From Chrysomallon squamiferum (lineage: Eukaryota > Animalia > Mollusca), in assembly GCA_012295275.1 (NCBI GenBank), contig CM022676.1, positions 1,984,001 to 2,048,000 of the forward strand: 64,000 nucleotides of DNA. The letters run 5' to 3'. Within the stretch, counting starts at the first letter, position 1. Each line of letters starts with the position of its first letter. Position numbers and translations under genes: made by a program. The notes below the pieces were generated by a model, which made no database searches, had not been told where the DNA came from, and worked only from the letters and a program-made list of their open reading frames with translations. Shown here piece by piece: positions 1-16,411 of the stretch.

Positions 1-672
1 TGATTTTATAATCTTTTTAATAATTTTGGCTTATTTTCTGAAGAGATATTACGATAACAAACTTGCCTGGAAAGGTATCGGAAAGTTTCACTGCTTCAGA
101 TACTTCGATGACGTCCGCGCTATGTTTATATCTAGTAGACATTATCTATCTATCTATCTATCTTTATCTATAGAAATATACATACACACATTTATAATTT
201 ATATATGTATATGTCTGTCTGTGTGTCTGTCTGTCTCTCTGCGTAACATGAGGTGTAAGAAAGGTTTGGGGATGTTATTTGCTTGTTCACCAACCATTAC
301 ATTTTGTAACTTAAGCTTTCTGTATAAACTGTCGTATATACACGCACTTTATTCTGAAAGGGAAAATACAATAAACTGTGAAATACTTTTTATCACAGTA
401 CATAATGTTGTCCCCTACTGTGAGTGGGTCTTGAGCACTGTGCTTTTGTTAGAAAAATACCAAGAGATAAGAATTGTGAGAAAAAGTAATTATAGATGGG
501 TAAACTGTGTGAAAGATCGAGAAATGTTGAGTTTGAAAAGGTCGAAAACGACGATATATGGACTAGAATATCACTGAGTTTGCTAAACTGTTATAAAGAT
601 ACTGAATCTAGGTGAAGAATGCAACTATGTGTGTTAACATATCATAAAGATATTTAATTTAAAAGGACTTTA

Positions 673-747
<75 letters not shown>

Positions 748-1315
748 TAATATTAATAATAATAACAATAACAATAACAATAATAATAGGAATATTGTTA
801 CCATTACTAATACTATTTTTACGACTAGTACAACTAATAACAAGAACAAAAACACTAAATAAATAAATAAATACATAAATAAATAAACAAATAAATAAAT
901 ATCAGTTGTTTTATTTTTGAAAGAACACCAGTCGCTTTTAAAATCAGAGCTCGCAGAAAACAACAAATACTTGATGAAAACATTTTATTTTTTATTTTTG
1001 TGTCAAAATGTGAAGAAAGATCTCCGAAATTCAGTCTGTTTATTGTCGCAAACACTGCACAGACAATGATGAAACAGTTTGTTATCAAGTTTAGGGTTCT
1101 TAAATAACCAAAAAATAAAAATAAAATAAAATTGAAATCAAAAGGATTTTTTGTTTTTTTTGAGAAAATCGACTGACATAAGCACAATCATTAATTCAGA
1201 ATATAAAATATATTTTAAAAATGAACTAGTAATGTGACAGATGTGAGTATATATTACTTATTTATAATTTAATTATAGTCTGAGTTAAACTTTAACCTCT
1301 CGTACTTGAGCAGGG

Positions 1316-2303
1316 TCAAAAACTTCCAACTGTCCTAAATGAATACATTCTTAACTGATTGTCCTGCGCGGTGATCACGTGTTCAAGTCCAATGTCAGGT
1401 GACAGTCTCTGGTATGCAGTTTTAACCAATCGCAGTCTCTGTCTGTAATGCCGTTGACGAACATAATTATACAAAGCGTGTCTCGCATTGGCTAAACTCA
1501 TCACACGCCCAGCATTGAGAACAGATTCCTTCATAAAATCAGAATTCAACGAATAGACGTCGTATCTATAAATACACTCCCAAGGCTGGCCTGAATCTAG
1601 GTCGCACGGAACGGTCGTGCAGTTGTTCTGTGACTCTTCCACGTGGACACCTGCCAGGACGTTGACGTTGTTTTCCAGCGTCACGACGACTGATTTGTAG
1701 TGTTTTTCTTTTACCTGCAGCTGCCTCAGTTTACGTCCTAAAAGCTGCATGTTAAGATTGTACATGTACTCCACGTTTTTCACGGGATGAAAAGTCAGCG
1801 ACTGGAGATTTAGCTGATTCAAATGATTAGTCCACTGTCCTGTCTTGTCGTGGTAATTTTGATGAAACAAATGGCCAAACTGTAACAAATAATAATAATA
1901 ATAATAATAAATAATAATAATAATAATAATAATAAAATCATTATTAATAATAATAATAATAATTATAATATTAATAATATCAATAAAGATGATATTGATA
2001 GTAATAATGATAATGACGACGATATTAATAATGAAGGTGATATTTATACATTTTATATTGAATGTTGTTTGAAACCTTGATTACTGCTACAGGATCAACC
2101 ACATCTTGAGCTCTCTGTTACTACTAACAACTTCAACCACCAATACTGATTATTATTACTAGTACTTACTGCTACTCTGTTAGTGTACTATCAAATCTAC
2201 TTGCACTAGTTCATCTACAACAACTGTTATTACTCTGCTGCTATTACTATTATTATTACTAGTGTTACTATTACTACTACTACTACTATTATTACTACTG
2301 CTG

Positions 2304-2348
<45 letters not shown>

Positions 2349-3085
2349 CTACATACTATTTCTGTTACTACAACAATTATTAAATCTAGTTCTATTGTTA
2401 CAACAACAACAACTACTACAGTTTAATTACAGAACACACCACTTTACTTTGACATTTATGCGTTATTTTACTCAATCAAATACATATATATATATAAAGT
2501 AATCAGGCAGAAATTATCACAGATTGTCACAACATCAAACCAAATACTATAGAAATTATAATTGAAACATAATAGCCAAACCTGAAACGTGGTTTTGTTT
2601 ACAAACTTTTATTTGTCGATTATGTGAACAGTAATAACAAAAGGAGAAATATTATTTAATAATAATAATAATAATCATAATGAAACTGACCATCACCACA
2701 ATAACAACAATGACAAGAACAGCAGCAGTAACAACAGAATAATAATAATAATAACAACAACAACAACAACAACCACACAGCAGCATCAAGTACGATAACC
2801 ACATCTGCCCCAGCACCACCAGCACAACAAAAACAACAACAACAGTACCTCACTCTGTTTAACTTTCAATACTGCGTCATGTTTTACACACATATTTTAA
2901 TAATTACCGCCACGTTATAGAGTTGATAACAGCAAATGACGCTGCTGCAGAAACACAGTTACATTCAGTATTTGTATTAGTCTAGCCTGGGACCTGCGAC
3001 ATTAAAGTCTTAATCTCTGTTTTTCTTTCTCTGTCTCTTTAATTCTTTTCTCTCTTTCTTTCATTCCTATAAACAGTCTGTTTGC

Positions 3086-3175
<90 letters not shown>

Positions 3176-4053
3176 CACTGACTCAATCACTCCGGCTGTC
3201 GTTATTCAGTATAATTATAATGATTCTTCGGCAATGAGCTTATCATATTAATCATGTGACCAACCTCTTTTGATGACGTGCAAGACAATCCAACATGGCG
3301 TCTCACACAGCGACCCAGTTCAGAATCTTCATGAGCCGACACAGTCTTGTTCAAGCATTCCTGAAGATTTTCTGTAAGTTTTCTGAGCGTACTCCTGCTA
3401 AATATAACGCCGGGACCCCCCATGCAGTATGGTTCATTGTTTTCCAGGCCGAGATGTCCTTCTTCGTCTGCTTTTCCCGTTCCAGGATGACCCATATACA
3501 AATCCTTATTACTGTCGATTGAACTTAGAAATCGTTCAAGTAAATCAGTTTGTATGAACAAATCATCATCAGTTCTCATAAACCATTCAAAGTAGTTGCC
3601 ATGGTTTTGATAAATATGTTTGAGCATCGCGAATGATTTCTCTCTAGGGGGATAAACGTCATCGGCTACGTCGTTAAGTTCGATGACTGGAAGAGGGGAG
3701 ACAATCCGCTCTCCGCTTCCTACAAAAAACACCAGTCTACCGGGAACGCCGTGACCCCAGGTTTTGAAAATTGCCGTCGCCTTCTCCTTCAGGTTTTTCC
3801 TTGTTGTCATGACACCGACAAACAACAGTTTCCTATTGGTCGATTCCGAATACAGTTTATGAAATCTGCCAATCACATCTCGTTGATTCTGATTCTTCAA
3901 ATATGGGAACTTGCAAGCAAACGAATAACGTTGCCACAGAAACACTGTAAGTGTCTGCGTTGTTATGAAACCAGTGATGAATCCTAAGAAACAGCTAACA
4001 ATAAAATCTCTAAATATCGTTTCTATTCTTCTTCTTCTCTTCATAATGCACAT
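1316..4053 (-). CDS. CHSY1: Chondroitin sulfate synthase-like glycosyltransferase (GT31/Fringe-like N-terminal domain), 2 coding exons: 4053-3265 and 1879-1316, about 450 aa, C-terminal GT7 domain not seen
   Basis: Type II membrane anchor (FIVSCFLGFITGFI) followed by CHSY motifs LLFVGVMT, YPPREKSFAML, WFMRTDDD (DxD), YCMGGPG and HEDSELGRCVRRHVGLSC. A phase-0 intron (GAG|GTTGGT ... TTGTTACAG|TTT) joins SSKE to FGHLFHQNY, then TFHPVKN and YQRLSPDIGLEH. Acceptor TTTTTGCAG lies just before ATG 4053. The symbol is family-level; orthology is untested. Confidence 0.85.
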
Positions 4054-4163
4054 CCTGCAAAAACACAGCATGAACAAAATAAATGATAGATAATTAATAA
4101 AAAAAAGTGAGATCTAGAGAGGCATCAGGATAGAGACAGACAAAAAGATCGAGAGAGAGAGAG

Positions 4164-4254
<91 letters not shown>

Positions 4255-5034
4255 AAGCATTTTAGCCAGCCAGATTATTTATAAAAGAATAGATGGACAG
4301 ACAGTAAGACAGACAGACAGACAAATGGACGGATAGACAAACACACAGGCAAACACAGATACTAGACGATATATTGACAGACAGACTGAAAGGTATGCAG
4401 GTTTAATGTGGGATATTTAGTGTATGAAAGGTGTAGAAAAACAAAGAGATGGACAGACAATAAGATTGAGAGACTTACGGACAGAGAGATAGACAGGAAC
4501 AGACCGATATACAGAAACTAGTAGACATATAGCTATAGACAGAGATAGATAGGCTAATAAACAGACAGAGATTAAAATGAAGTGAAGTTACGATTTAACC
4601 TGAAATACTAAGAGTTATAATTAAAAATTGCAGAATAATCTAGGAATTTTCACTTAAACAACGTAACTTGTGTTTCGATTCAGTACATATTGTTACAGAC
4701 TGAGCCAAATAAAAACAATGACCTACATGTTTTCCTCGCGAGTCTGCGATGGTTAAAAATAGATCGTATCTGCTCTGTGAAGTACTGGCGTTATTTGTTA
4801 TATTCGAAAGGAAATAAAATGTGTGTGCGTATTTGTAAATGTCAAATGTTTTTGTCGCGCTGTCTCTCGTTTTCTCTGTGTTACTCCCTTCATTTCCTGT
4901 GTCGCCACAAACACATACACAGATATACACACATGCACATATATGTATGTATGTATGCATGTTTGTATATGTATCTGTGTTCGTGTGTGTGTGTGTGTGT
5001 GTATTTTTCATTTTTTTTGTTCATGTACCACAAT

Positions 5035-5120
<86 letters not shown>

Positions 5121-5148
5121 AGAGAGATACAGAGAGAGAGGAGAGAGA

Positions 5149-5218
<70 letters not shown>

Positions 5219-5820
5219 AGCGCCTTGCAGTAATTACAAATACTTATTTTAATCGCTGTAACACTATATACACGTCTCTTTACACAAGACTCTAAAGAAA
5301 AATATATAAATTAGAATAGTATTAACTTATTTATTTGACAAAGGTAGTAGATGTTAACGCTCAGTTAAACAGACATGTAAGAATGTTATACGATTCACAT
5401 CTGTGTATCCCATTTATCACACGTATTTCTGGAAACAAGGCAAAACCTGGAAACTTAATACAACATGCGCTGAAAACATTCTCACAGCGAGCAAACTTCA
5501 TATATACCTAACTAATTATGTAAGTATAAAAAGATTCATGATGTGTTTGTGTGTGTGTGTTATGTATGTATGTATGTATCTGTATTTGTCCATCTATCTG
5601 TCTCTATGAAGTGAACATACATAACACGCACACATACACACACATACACGAACGTATATAAATACATACACAAATGTATATACATAAACATATTTATTAT
5701 GAAGAATTAAACACATCCAGATACAAAACATATACACACATTCCTATATACACAAACACATATATATTATAATGTACAGTCGTAGATTCGCATATGCAGT
5801 TGTATACAGAAACGTACCTA

Positions 5821-5852
<32 letters not shown>

Positions 5853-6522
5853 CACACACACATACACACACGTGCGTATATATATATATACACACACACA
5901 CACATACACAAATACAAATTAACTTTCAGACACAGACACACACAAACAAAACACACATACACACAGTCTTATAAAACAATGCAAGCTGATAAAGAATTGT
6001 ATGCTTACCGGACTTTTGCTTTCATATCTTGTGAGGAACTAAGCAAACAAACTAGGCTAGGAAACGCCCACTTGAGTTGAGGCAAAAGTCTCACATGCGG
6101 ACGATATTACTGCTACATGCCGTGTTTTGGCCTCACCGTTTATTTATTCCAACAGGTGGCATATGTTTTCATTATTTTTTCTTCACTTCTTGTCAGACAA
6201 TACGAGAGAGAATGCCAAGTAAAAAAAAAAAAAAAAAAAAAAAGCCATGGAAACAAGAAGAAGAAGCAGAAGAAGAAATTCCACAACACACCATTTTGAA
6301 CTGAGGTAGAAATATGGTTTGATAAAATAAAATAAAATAAAATAAAATAAAATGAATAAATGAATGAAAAAAAAAAGAGTCGAAAATTAAAATATACGTA
6401 CATACAAAGTAATACATACACACATACATACATATAACACATTGATACATGCATACCTATACACACACAAATACACACACCTATTTACACATGCGCACAC
6501 ATATAACTTCCATCATATATAG

Positions 6523-6553
<31 letters not shown>

Positions 6554-6717
6554 CACACACACACAAATATACATACAGACACATATAAGTACATATAAAT
6601 TAATACATGCTTATTAACATATATGCATAGATATATATATATATAATACATTGATTCATGCATACAGATTCACCCACAAAAACACACACACATTTACACA
6701 CACTCACAAACACATAA

Positions 6718-6990
6718 CCTGCATCACATGAAACTCACATGAAACTATTTCTTTAAACACTAAATAACATTCTGAAGAAGACGACATTTTCTGTTTCCAC
6801 TGTGGTTGACATAAGACGGAAGTGCAAACCACTCGCATCCGACGTTTGACACGGTCACGAGGCACAACACTGAATAAAACGTTAGAACGTACAACAACGG
6901 AAATCAACGATCATGACGTCACAGAAGAGAGCTAGCCCGAGGCGTCAGATTTCTTGAGGTCGACACTACGGGGCGTGGTCTTTAGGTAAG
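6718..6990. promoter_or_regulatory. CpG-rich promoter-like patch, likely proximal promoter and non-coding first exon of the CHSY-like gene
   Basis: CGGAAGTG (ETS), TGACGTCA (CRE) and GGGGCGTGG (Sp/KLF) within about 170 bp. Minus-strand donor GCAG|GTTATG at ~6718 and plus-strand donor TAG|GTAAGA at ~6986. Confidence 0.45.
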
Positions 6991-7251
6991 ATTTCCTTAC
7001 TCCCCCCATCCTCAAAGGCTATTGTGTGTTTTATTCATGTCCTGAGAGATTTTAGATAAACCTTAGCTACGCGCATGCATGTACAGAAGTAGTTGTTTAC
7101 ACCCCCCCCGCACACCACACAGATATATATATATATATAACCTTATTGATACTGGCGTATCTAGGTATTTATGGGCGTTGTTTTACTTTAATGTATGGAT
7201 ATGCGTATGCACATATTTCTAAGTAAATGTGAGGTGTGTGTGTGTTTGTGT

Positions 7252-7287
<36 letters not shown>

Positions 7288-7345
7288 TTGTCTGTATTAT
7301 GTATGTATATCTCTCTATGTGGATGTGCATGTGTTTAGCTGAATG

Positions 7346-7527
7346 AATAGCGTGTTTCAAGTTAGAACACTTAGAAACGTCTAACTGTGAAAGTGAAGTA
7401 AAATAATACATCAAATATCTACTTGCAGTTTTGTATCCTGGTAACGTGCAGCTAAAATTAGCTAACTGAGCGTTAGTGCATACGTACTATGCACTTGTAA
7501 ATTATGATCATGATGATGATGATGATG

Positions 7528-7545
<18 letters not shown>
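7346..7545 (+). repeat. ~200 bp dispersed repeat, copy 1 (inverted relative to 15357-15546)
   Basis: AATAGCGTGTTTCAAGTTAG...GTGCATACGTACT...(ATG)n(ATT)n is the reverse complement of 15357-15546 with only scattered mismatches. Confidence 0.9.
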
Positions 7546-7569
<24 letters not shown>

Positions 7570-7923
7570 TGTTTTCTTAATTTTTAATGATTATAATATT
7601 TTTCTTCTTTTTTTAATTCTCTATTTTTATATAGTTTTGGGTTATTAATATATGTATTTTTTTTCTGTTGTTCTTATTTTTTACCTTTGTTAATATTTTT
7701 ATATTATCGTCTTTGTTTTAATTATTGTATTTGACAAGGTTGCCTTTTTTGTCGTTGTCAGCTATTTATACTTCATTTCTTTCTTGAATTTCTTCTTTTT
7801 TTTTTTTTTTTTTTTTTTTTTGCTTAGATGAATAATAAACGAAGGGAGGCTACTCCATTCAGATTAAAAGTCCAGTCTGACTAACCTGATCTCTCTCTCT
7901 CTCTCTGTCTCTCTCTCTCTCTC

Positions 7924-7968
<45 letters not shown>

Positions 7969-8683
7969 GAGTAAGATAATTTGATGTATGTATTATTCAA
8001 ATCTTGTTTTTTAGTTTTAAATAAAATAGAACAGGACTGCTGCGTTTGTAAATTTTACCTGGAATCTATTGTGAGACCTTTTAACTATTCCGATTAATTT
8101 AACATTACAACAACAACAACAACAACAACAACTACAGTAACAACAATAACAACAACAACGATAATAAACGTACAGCTTACTAAATACTGAACAATTTTAT
8201 CAAAAGTAATTATAATAATATTTAAGTCAGTTTATTAAGGGTATATTGTATGGTTTGGTAAATAAATTGAATAATATAATTATATATTTAACATCTAAAT
8301 CAAGACAGATTGTTATTTCGTTCTACTAGAATGACGCAAGTTCTTGTAAATCAAATTAATTTTACTTACTGATTGTCAGTTCTGCCAGGCAGATTCCGCG
8401 TTCAGTGAATGTGTAGCAACATAATACGTCACATTCCTAGACTGTCTTCTGTTCTTTCTACTTTTTCTTTTTTTATTATTATTCTTTGAAAGAATGCATG
8501 TTTTGTTGTTGTTTTTTGCCCTCTATTTCTGATAACAATTAGTTTTAGTTTCTATATAAGAATTAAAAATAAATAAATAAATAAATAAATAGTAATAGTT
8601 TTTTTTTTTAACTTTTGTCTTTACAACAAAATCACGTATGTATTTAAAAAAAAAAAAAAAAAAAAAATTCACAGTAGTAGTAA

Positions 8684-8740
<57 letters not shown>

Positions 8741-8996
8741 TAATAAAATTAAATTAAAACAAAAGTAAAACATATAAATAAAATCTAAAAAAAAAAAAAT
8801 AAAATAAAATAATAAAATAAAAATGGTGTAAAAGGAAACAAGATTATTTATCAATGACTTCATCATATAGGATAGGAGAATTATTTAACTAGATCTAGTA
8901 CTGCTACTACTACTTTAGGTAGCTGTAGTACTAGTAGTAATAGTAGTAATAAATAAAGTAACACTAATATCACAAGCAGTGTAGTACTGTCGTAAT

Positions 8997-9261
8997 CAGA
9001 GCCGGATTTCGCATGTAGGCTTTCTAGGCGGCAGGATGACAGGGGCAGTTTATATTACATAAATTCGTATTTTCACATTTGATTTATAAACAAAACATTA
9101 TGTAAACGTAAAACCATGTTTTTGCTTTCAACTAGATCATAAGTTATAACCATTCATATTATATAAACTAAGTGGGAAGGGTGAGGGGGACTTGAGCCTT
9201 GAGGAGGGGGCGATAAAATTTCCTTAGCCTATGGGCGGCAAGCACATTGTATCCAATCCTG
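8997..9261. mobile_element. Non-autonomous hAT-like MITE (265 bp)
   Basis: Ends CAGAGCCGGATT... and ...TATCCAATCCTG are degenerate CAG-type TIRs. Flanks GTCGTAAT and GTCGTACT form an 8-bp TSD with one mismatch. It sits as a GC-richer island in a (TAG)n tract. Confidence 0.6.
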
Positions 9262-9677
9262 GTCGTACTAGCTGTAGTTGATGTAGGAATTGTATCAGTA
9301 ATAGTGTAGGAGTAGTTGTAGTTTTTTTGTGGGAACTGCCTTGAGAGAAGTTGTCGTAGTAGTATTAGTAAGTGTTGTTTTTGTCGTTGTTGTTGTGGGA
9401 GTAGTAGTTGTTATCCTTGCCATTATTATGCCGAAGTTGCAGTCGGAATTGTCGTAATTGTAGTAGTAATGACAGGAGAAGGAATAGTAATGAAATTAGT
9501 GGCAACATTATCATAATTATATATAAATGAAAGTAAGTATATATAACAAATTACAAGCTTATTTTGGCAGTTAACGTATAAAGATAGCAAACATCCACAC
9601 AAAACTATTTACGAAATCGGTGAATTAATGGAAGGAAAATAAATATATCGTAATAATATAAATCATAATTCGCGTGC

Positions 9678-9726
<49 letters not shown>

Positions 9727-10172
9727 ACGATATATACGTGTATTTATGTATGTGTGTTTTTGTCTATACCTATATGGGTGTGTATGTATAATGTTTGTGT
9801 ATGTATGAGTTCTTGTGCGTATGTGTACATCTCTTTGTGTTTCTGTGTGTAGTATGTGTGTGCTTACATATAGTTATGAAGAGTATACGAAACAGTGGAT
9901 GAAAGGAACAAGTTAATTGGATCTGTCTCAAAAGCAGTACAGCAGTAACGAAAAACAGATGATTATAATTGTTTAACACTTTGGTTCACGAGAACTGTTT
10001 ACGATGTTCTTTCTGAAATATATTAGTGTAATCAAATCAGTCTAAAAAATGATATTAGTATACTTGATTATCCAAAACGAAGAGGGGAAAAAACATAGGA
10101 AGAAGAAGAAAAGAAAAAAAAAAAAAAAAAAGAAAAGGTACGTACAAGTACACTTTTCTCGAATTACTTAAT

Positions 10173-10267
<95 letters not shown>

Positions 10268-10658
10268 CTCTTTTTTCACTCACTTTCTTTGTCAATTATC
10301 AACATATGTTATTTCAATTCAAATATTTTTTTTCTAAAGAATGTGGCCCATTTCAAAGTATTTACATCCATAGAACAATCCACACTATGGTACACAAATA
10401 TTATTTAACTGTAATAAAAAAATGTCCTTGATCGTTAATTAGCAAACTAGTTGTTATTCCATGACTCATTCTAAAGTTTCATAACACACATACACCCACA
10501 GTTAGCCTGTAATTCATATGTCAGCCTGCAATTATAAAATTAATAACAATGCACGTAATTAAAGCACTCGCATTTCAAATAAAACGGCAGAGACAAGGCT
10601 CTTGAATGAAGTTTAAGTAGTACAAGCTTTGCGTGCGTTAAACGAAATACGAGACGCG

Positions 10659-12862
<2,204 letters not shown>

Positions 12863-12984
12863 GGGAGGAAACAAACCAGATGATTTTTCGTAAAAATTCA
12901 TAAACTTCTCAATTTTTGTAAACAATGTTTTTGTTTTGTGTTCCTTGCTCGTTTGATTTAAAGTCAGTTGGTCATTGTTTCCTT

Positions 12985-13067
<83 letters not shown>

Positions 13068-13088
13068 CTCCCCCTCTCTCTCTCTCTC

Positions 13089-13140
<52 letters not shown>

Positions 13141-13143
13141 TCT

Positions 13144-13215
<72 letters not shown>

Positions 13216-13809
13216 GAGTGGCTGATAACTGGAATTCAAGAATCAATTTTAAAATAAGTTCATGCATCCTCTACACGCCACAAGTAAGAAATAATAATAA
13301 TTTAAAAAAGAAAAAAAAAAGAAAAAGATAAAATAAAATAAAATAAAATAAAATAAAATAAATAAATAAATAGAATCTCCAAAAAAGCTACAGCAGCACC
13401 AGCAACAACAACAGTCATAATGATGATTATGATAATGATAATAGTAGTAGTAGCAGAAATATGTTTTTAAGAAACTGATTTTTGGCAGGCGTATTTTTTT
13501 TACGAATGAGTTTGGAAGATATAATGACTTTTCCTTTTTACTACTACTACTACTGCTATACTACTGCTGCTACTACTACTACTACTACTATTACTACTAC
13601 AACCACCACCACCACCACCACTACTACTACTACCACCTCTTCTACAACTATTACTGTCGTTGTAGTTGTTGTTGTTGCCTCTTTATTTTATGACTCCCAT
13701 TACTGTTGTTTTGTTGTTGTTGTTGTCGTCGTTATTACTCTTATTAATCAGAATAAACGTGTATCTCACAACAGTCACAGGTTAATGTACGCTCAGCGTG
13801 TCCACTTAC

Positions 13810-14095
13810 GAAACCTTGCAGACTGAACAGAAAGCAACCGGTGCACTTTAACGACTCTGGAAAGTACTACAGAACTTAAGAAGTGATATACGCGAGAGTC
13901 GCAAATAGGCCAAAACAAACCGTGCCTGACAAATAAAACTCGTTTACTGGGTCAACAAAACATGCTGGCTGATTCAGCCTCGGTTCCGAAGCATGCCGTG
14001 CAAACTCATACACGTGCTCAGATGTCGAGTGATCGCTTCCGAGAAACAATCGAATGACGTCAGATCCGTAACTGCGCCGAACGGCGATGGTTAGT
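13810..14095 (-). promoter_or_regulatory. CpG-rich promoter/first-exon-like segment with minus-strand donor
   Basis: TGACGTCA, CACGTG and TTCCGAGAA cluster at 14010-14065. Minus-strand donor TTC|GTAAGT at ~13810. No convincing ATG-led frame reaches the donor. Confidence 0.35.
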
Positions 14096-14406
14096 TGTTG
14101 AAAGAGATCTTAGGATTTGATGATTATTTTGAAAATTGAAATGTTTTCAATAATTTATTAACACACACATATTCACACACATATTGTTTATATCTGTTGA
14201 AGTGTCTACGCTAAATGAACAAGGGTTACGAATACAACAATAATAATAACAATAACAACAACAACAATAATAACAACAACAACAACAACAAAATAACAGT
14301 AATAATAATAATAACAACAAAACAACAACAACAACAGTAATAATAATAATAATAACAACAAAACAACAATAACAACAACAACAGCAGCAACAACAACAAG
14401 AACGAC

Positions 14407-14459
<53 letters not shown>

Positions 14460-15259
14460 TGATGATGACGACAACGACGACGATGATGATGAAAATAGTA
14501 ATGATGAAGATGATTATAAGAACATAGACAAGAACAGTTAAAATTTAATATTCAAACAAAATAGTTCCGGCACCATTATGAAACTGTTAACCAATCAGAA
14601 ACGAGTAACTGATCACGTGAACATCACAGAAAAAACTTTTAGAAAAAGTACCAAGTTAGCAGAAAGTTATATCTAATATGCACATACTGTTAAATCAGTT
14701 CTTTGAGCTGTCAAGCAAAAGTAAAAATAACAAGCAGTTTGACAGTTTGTCCGTGTTTCAGTCAGTCAGTTCTTTGACCTCTGTCATATCACACTGAGAA
14801 ATTTACGGGTATTGACAAATGTTGTTGACCAACCCTTTTCTAATGTTTAATCCGACAGTTCTCGCTAATTCAGCTGGAAATAAATTATTATCGTACTGTT
14901 AACGATATAAAAGGACTGGAAGCAGACTTGTGTTAAATAGCTAGCTTAAATAAGCGTAAACACTTTTACAGAATCAGTTGCACGGGAACTCCCTTGGACC
15001 TAATTCCCTTTAACACCCATGGCCAAAACAACTAGTTTATCAAATAACAAAGAATTTGTTTTCGTGTTTTTGAGAAGGTAATTATGAACGATCCCAGTCT
15101 GCTAATCCTACGAATTTTGTAAGGATTGGTAGCAGATGTTAAATCTGTATTTGACTACTGCATAACAGATTTATTTCTGAAATATAATTGCAGTTAATAT
15201 TAAAATATAAGAAAGTATTTGCTGAACAAATCTCTCTCTCTATCAATGGGTCTCATTTG

Positions 15260-15329
<70 letters not shown>

Positions 15330-15356
15330 GTCTGTCTGTCTGTCTGTCTCTCTCAT

Positions 15357-15546
15357 AATAATAATAATAATAATCATCATCATCATCATCATAATTTGCA
15401 CAGTACGTATGCACTAACGCTCAGTTAGCTAATTTTAGCTGCACGTTACCAGGATACAAAACTGCAAATAGATATTTGATGTATTATTTTACTTCTCTTT
15501 CACAGTTTAGACGTTTCTAAGTGCTCTAACTTGCAAACACGCTATT
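15357..15546 (-). repeat. ~200 bp dispersed repeat, copy 2 (inverted relative to 7346-7545)
   Basis: Direct comparison with the reverse complement of 7346-7545. Confidence 0.9.
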
Positions 15547-16079
15547 GCTTTGTCTCTGTCTCTCTTTACATTTATCTTTCCCTCTTTCTCTCTCTGTGAA
15601 TATCTATTTCTGTTTGTTTTCCTCTGTCCTTCTGTCTCTTTCTGTGTCGTCTCTTTTTTCTTATGTTTCTCGTTCATCTTCTCTCTCGTTCTATCTGGCT
15701 ATATTTTAATTTGTAGTTCTCTCATAATCAGATTGTATCATGACTATAACGAACCAAACTTGAAAGTGATTTTTAACGTTTACGATATCTTCATATAAGC
15801 ACTCGTTTGCGAAAAACCATTCTTGCTATAAACCAAATACGTAATTAGAAAGTAAGTAAGTAAGTTAGTAAGTAAGTAAGTAAGTATGTAAGTAAGCAAG
15901 TGCATACGTAACTAATTAAATATGTAAGAAAATAAGTAAAAATTGAAGAAAAAAAAAGAACAAAGGAAAGCCCCCCCAAAAAAAATATTACAGAAATTTT
16001 GCCTGTCTCATCCGTCATTCGGATTCGAACCAGCAGTCTCTGATTTCAGAAATGAATACAAAACGTAAACAAGAAACGT

Positions 16080-16410
16080 GACATTTTTCACTCGGTGCTT
16101 TCTTGACAGTCCCCCCGAAGAACTCGGCGCAGTTCAAACGAGCCGGAAACTAACGACAATCCCCGAAAAACCACATCAAACGCGACCGCTTGCTTCAAAG
16201 ACGAAAATGACCGCGAAAACAATCGGCACATTACTCACGTGACGCAGTTAAACCCCTCGCAGCGGAAGTGCCGCAGTAATATCAGAATAATGAGAGTAAT
16301 TTTCGATCAGTAGAATTCATCCCGTAAGAGCAGTTCATGCTGTATTTAAGAAGGCGCAGGCTGCAAACAGTCAGAGAAAAGATTTGTGTTTGACGTGCAC
16401 ACAAAGGAGA
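16080..16410 (+). promoter_or_regulatory. Promoter of Ig gene B
   Basis: CpG-rich. TCACGTGAC at ~16236, GCGGAAGTG at ~16262 and TATTTAA (TATA-like) at ~16343, all upstream of ATG 16412. Confidence 0.5.
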
Positions 16411-16411
16411 G

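Noticed and set aside
26-577. 183-aa plus-strand ORF
   Set aside because: TTG start, runs through microsatellite, no recognisable domain or splice context.
14984-14993. Isolated kB-like GGGAACTCCC between genes A and B
   Set aside because: A single 10-mer without supporting context.
16005-16050. tRNA-like GGTTCGAATCC box on the minus strand
   Set aside because: No A box or cloverleaf; at most a SINE head fragment.
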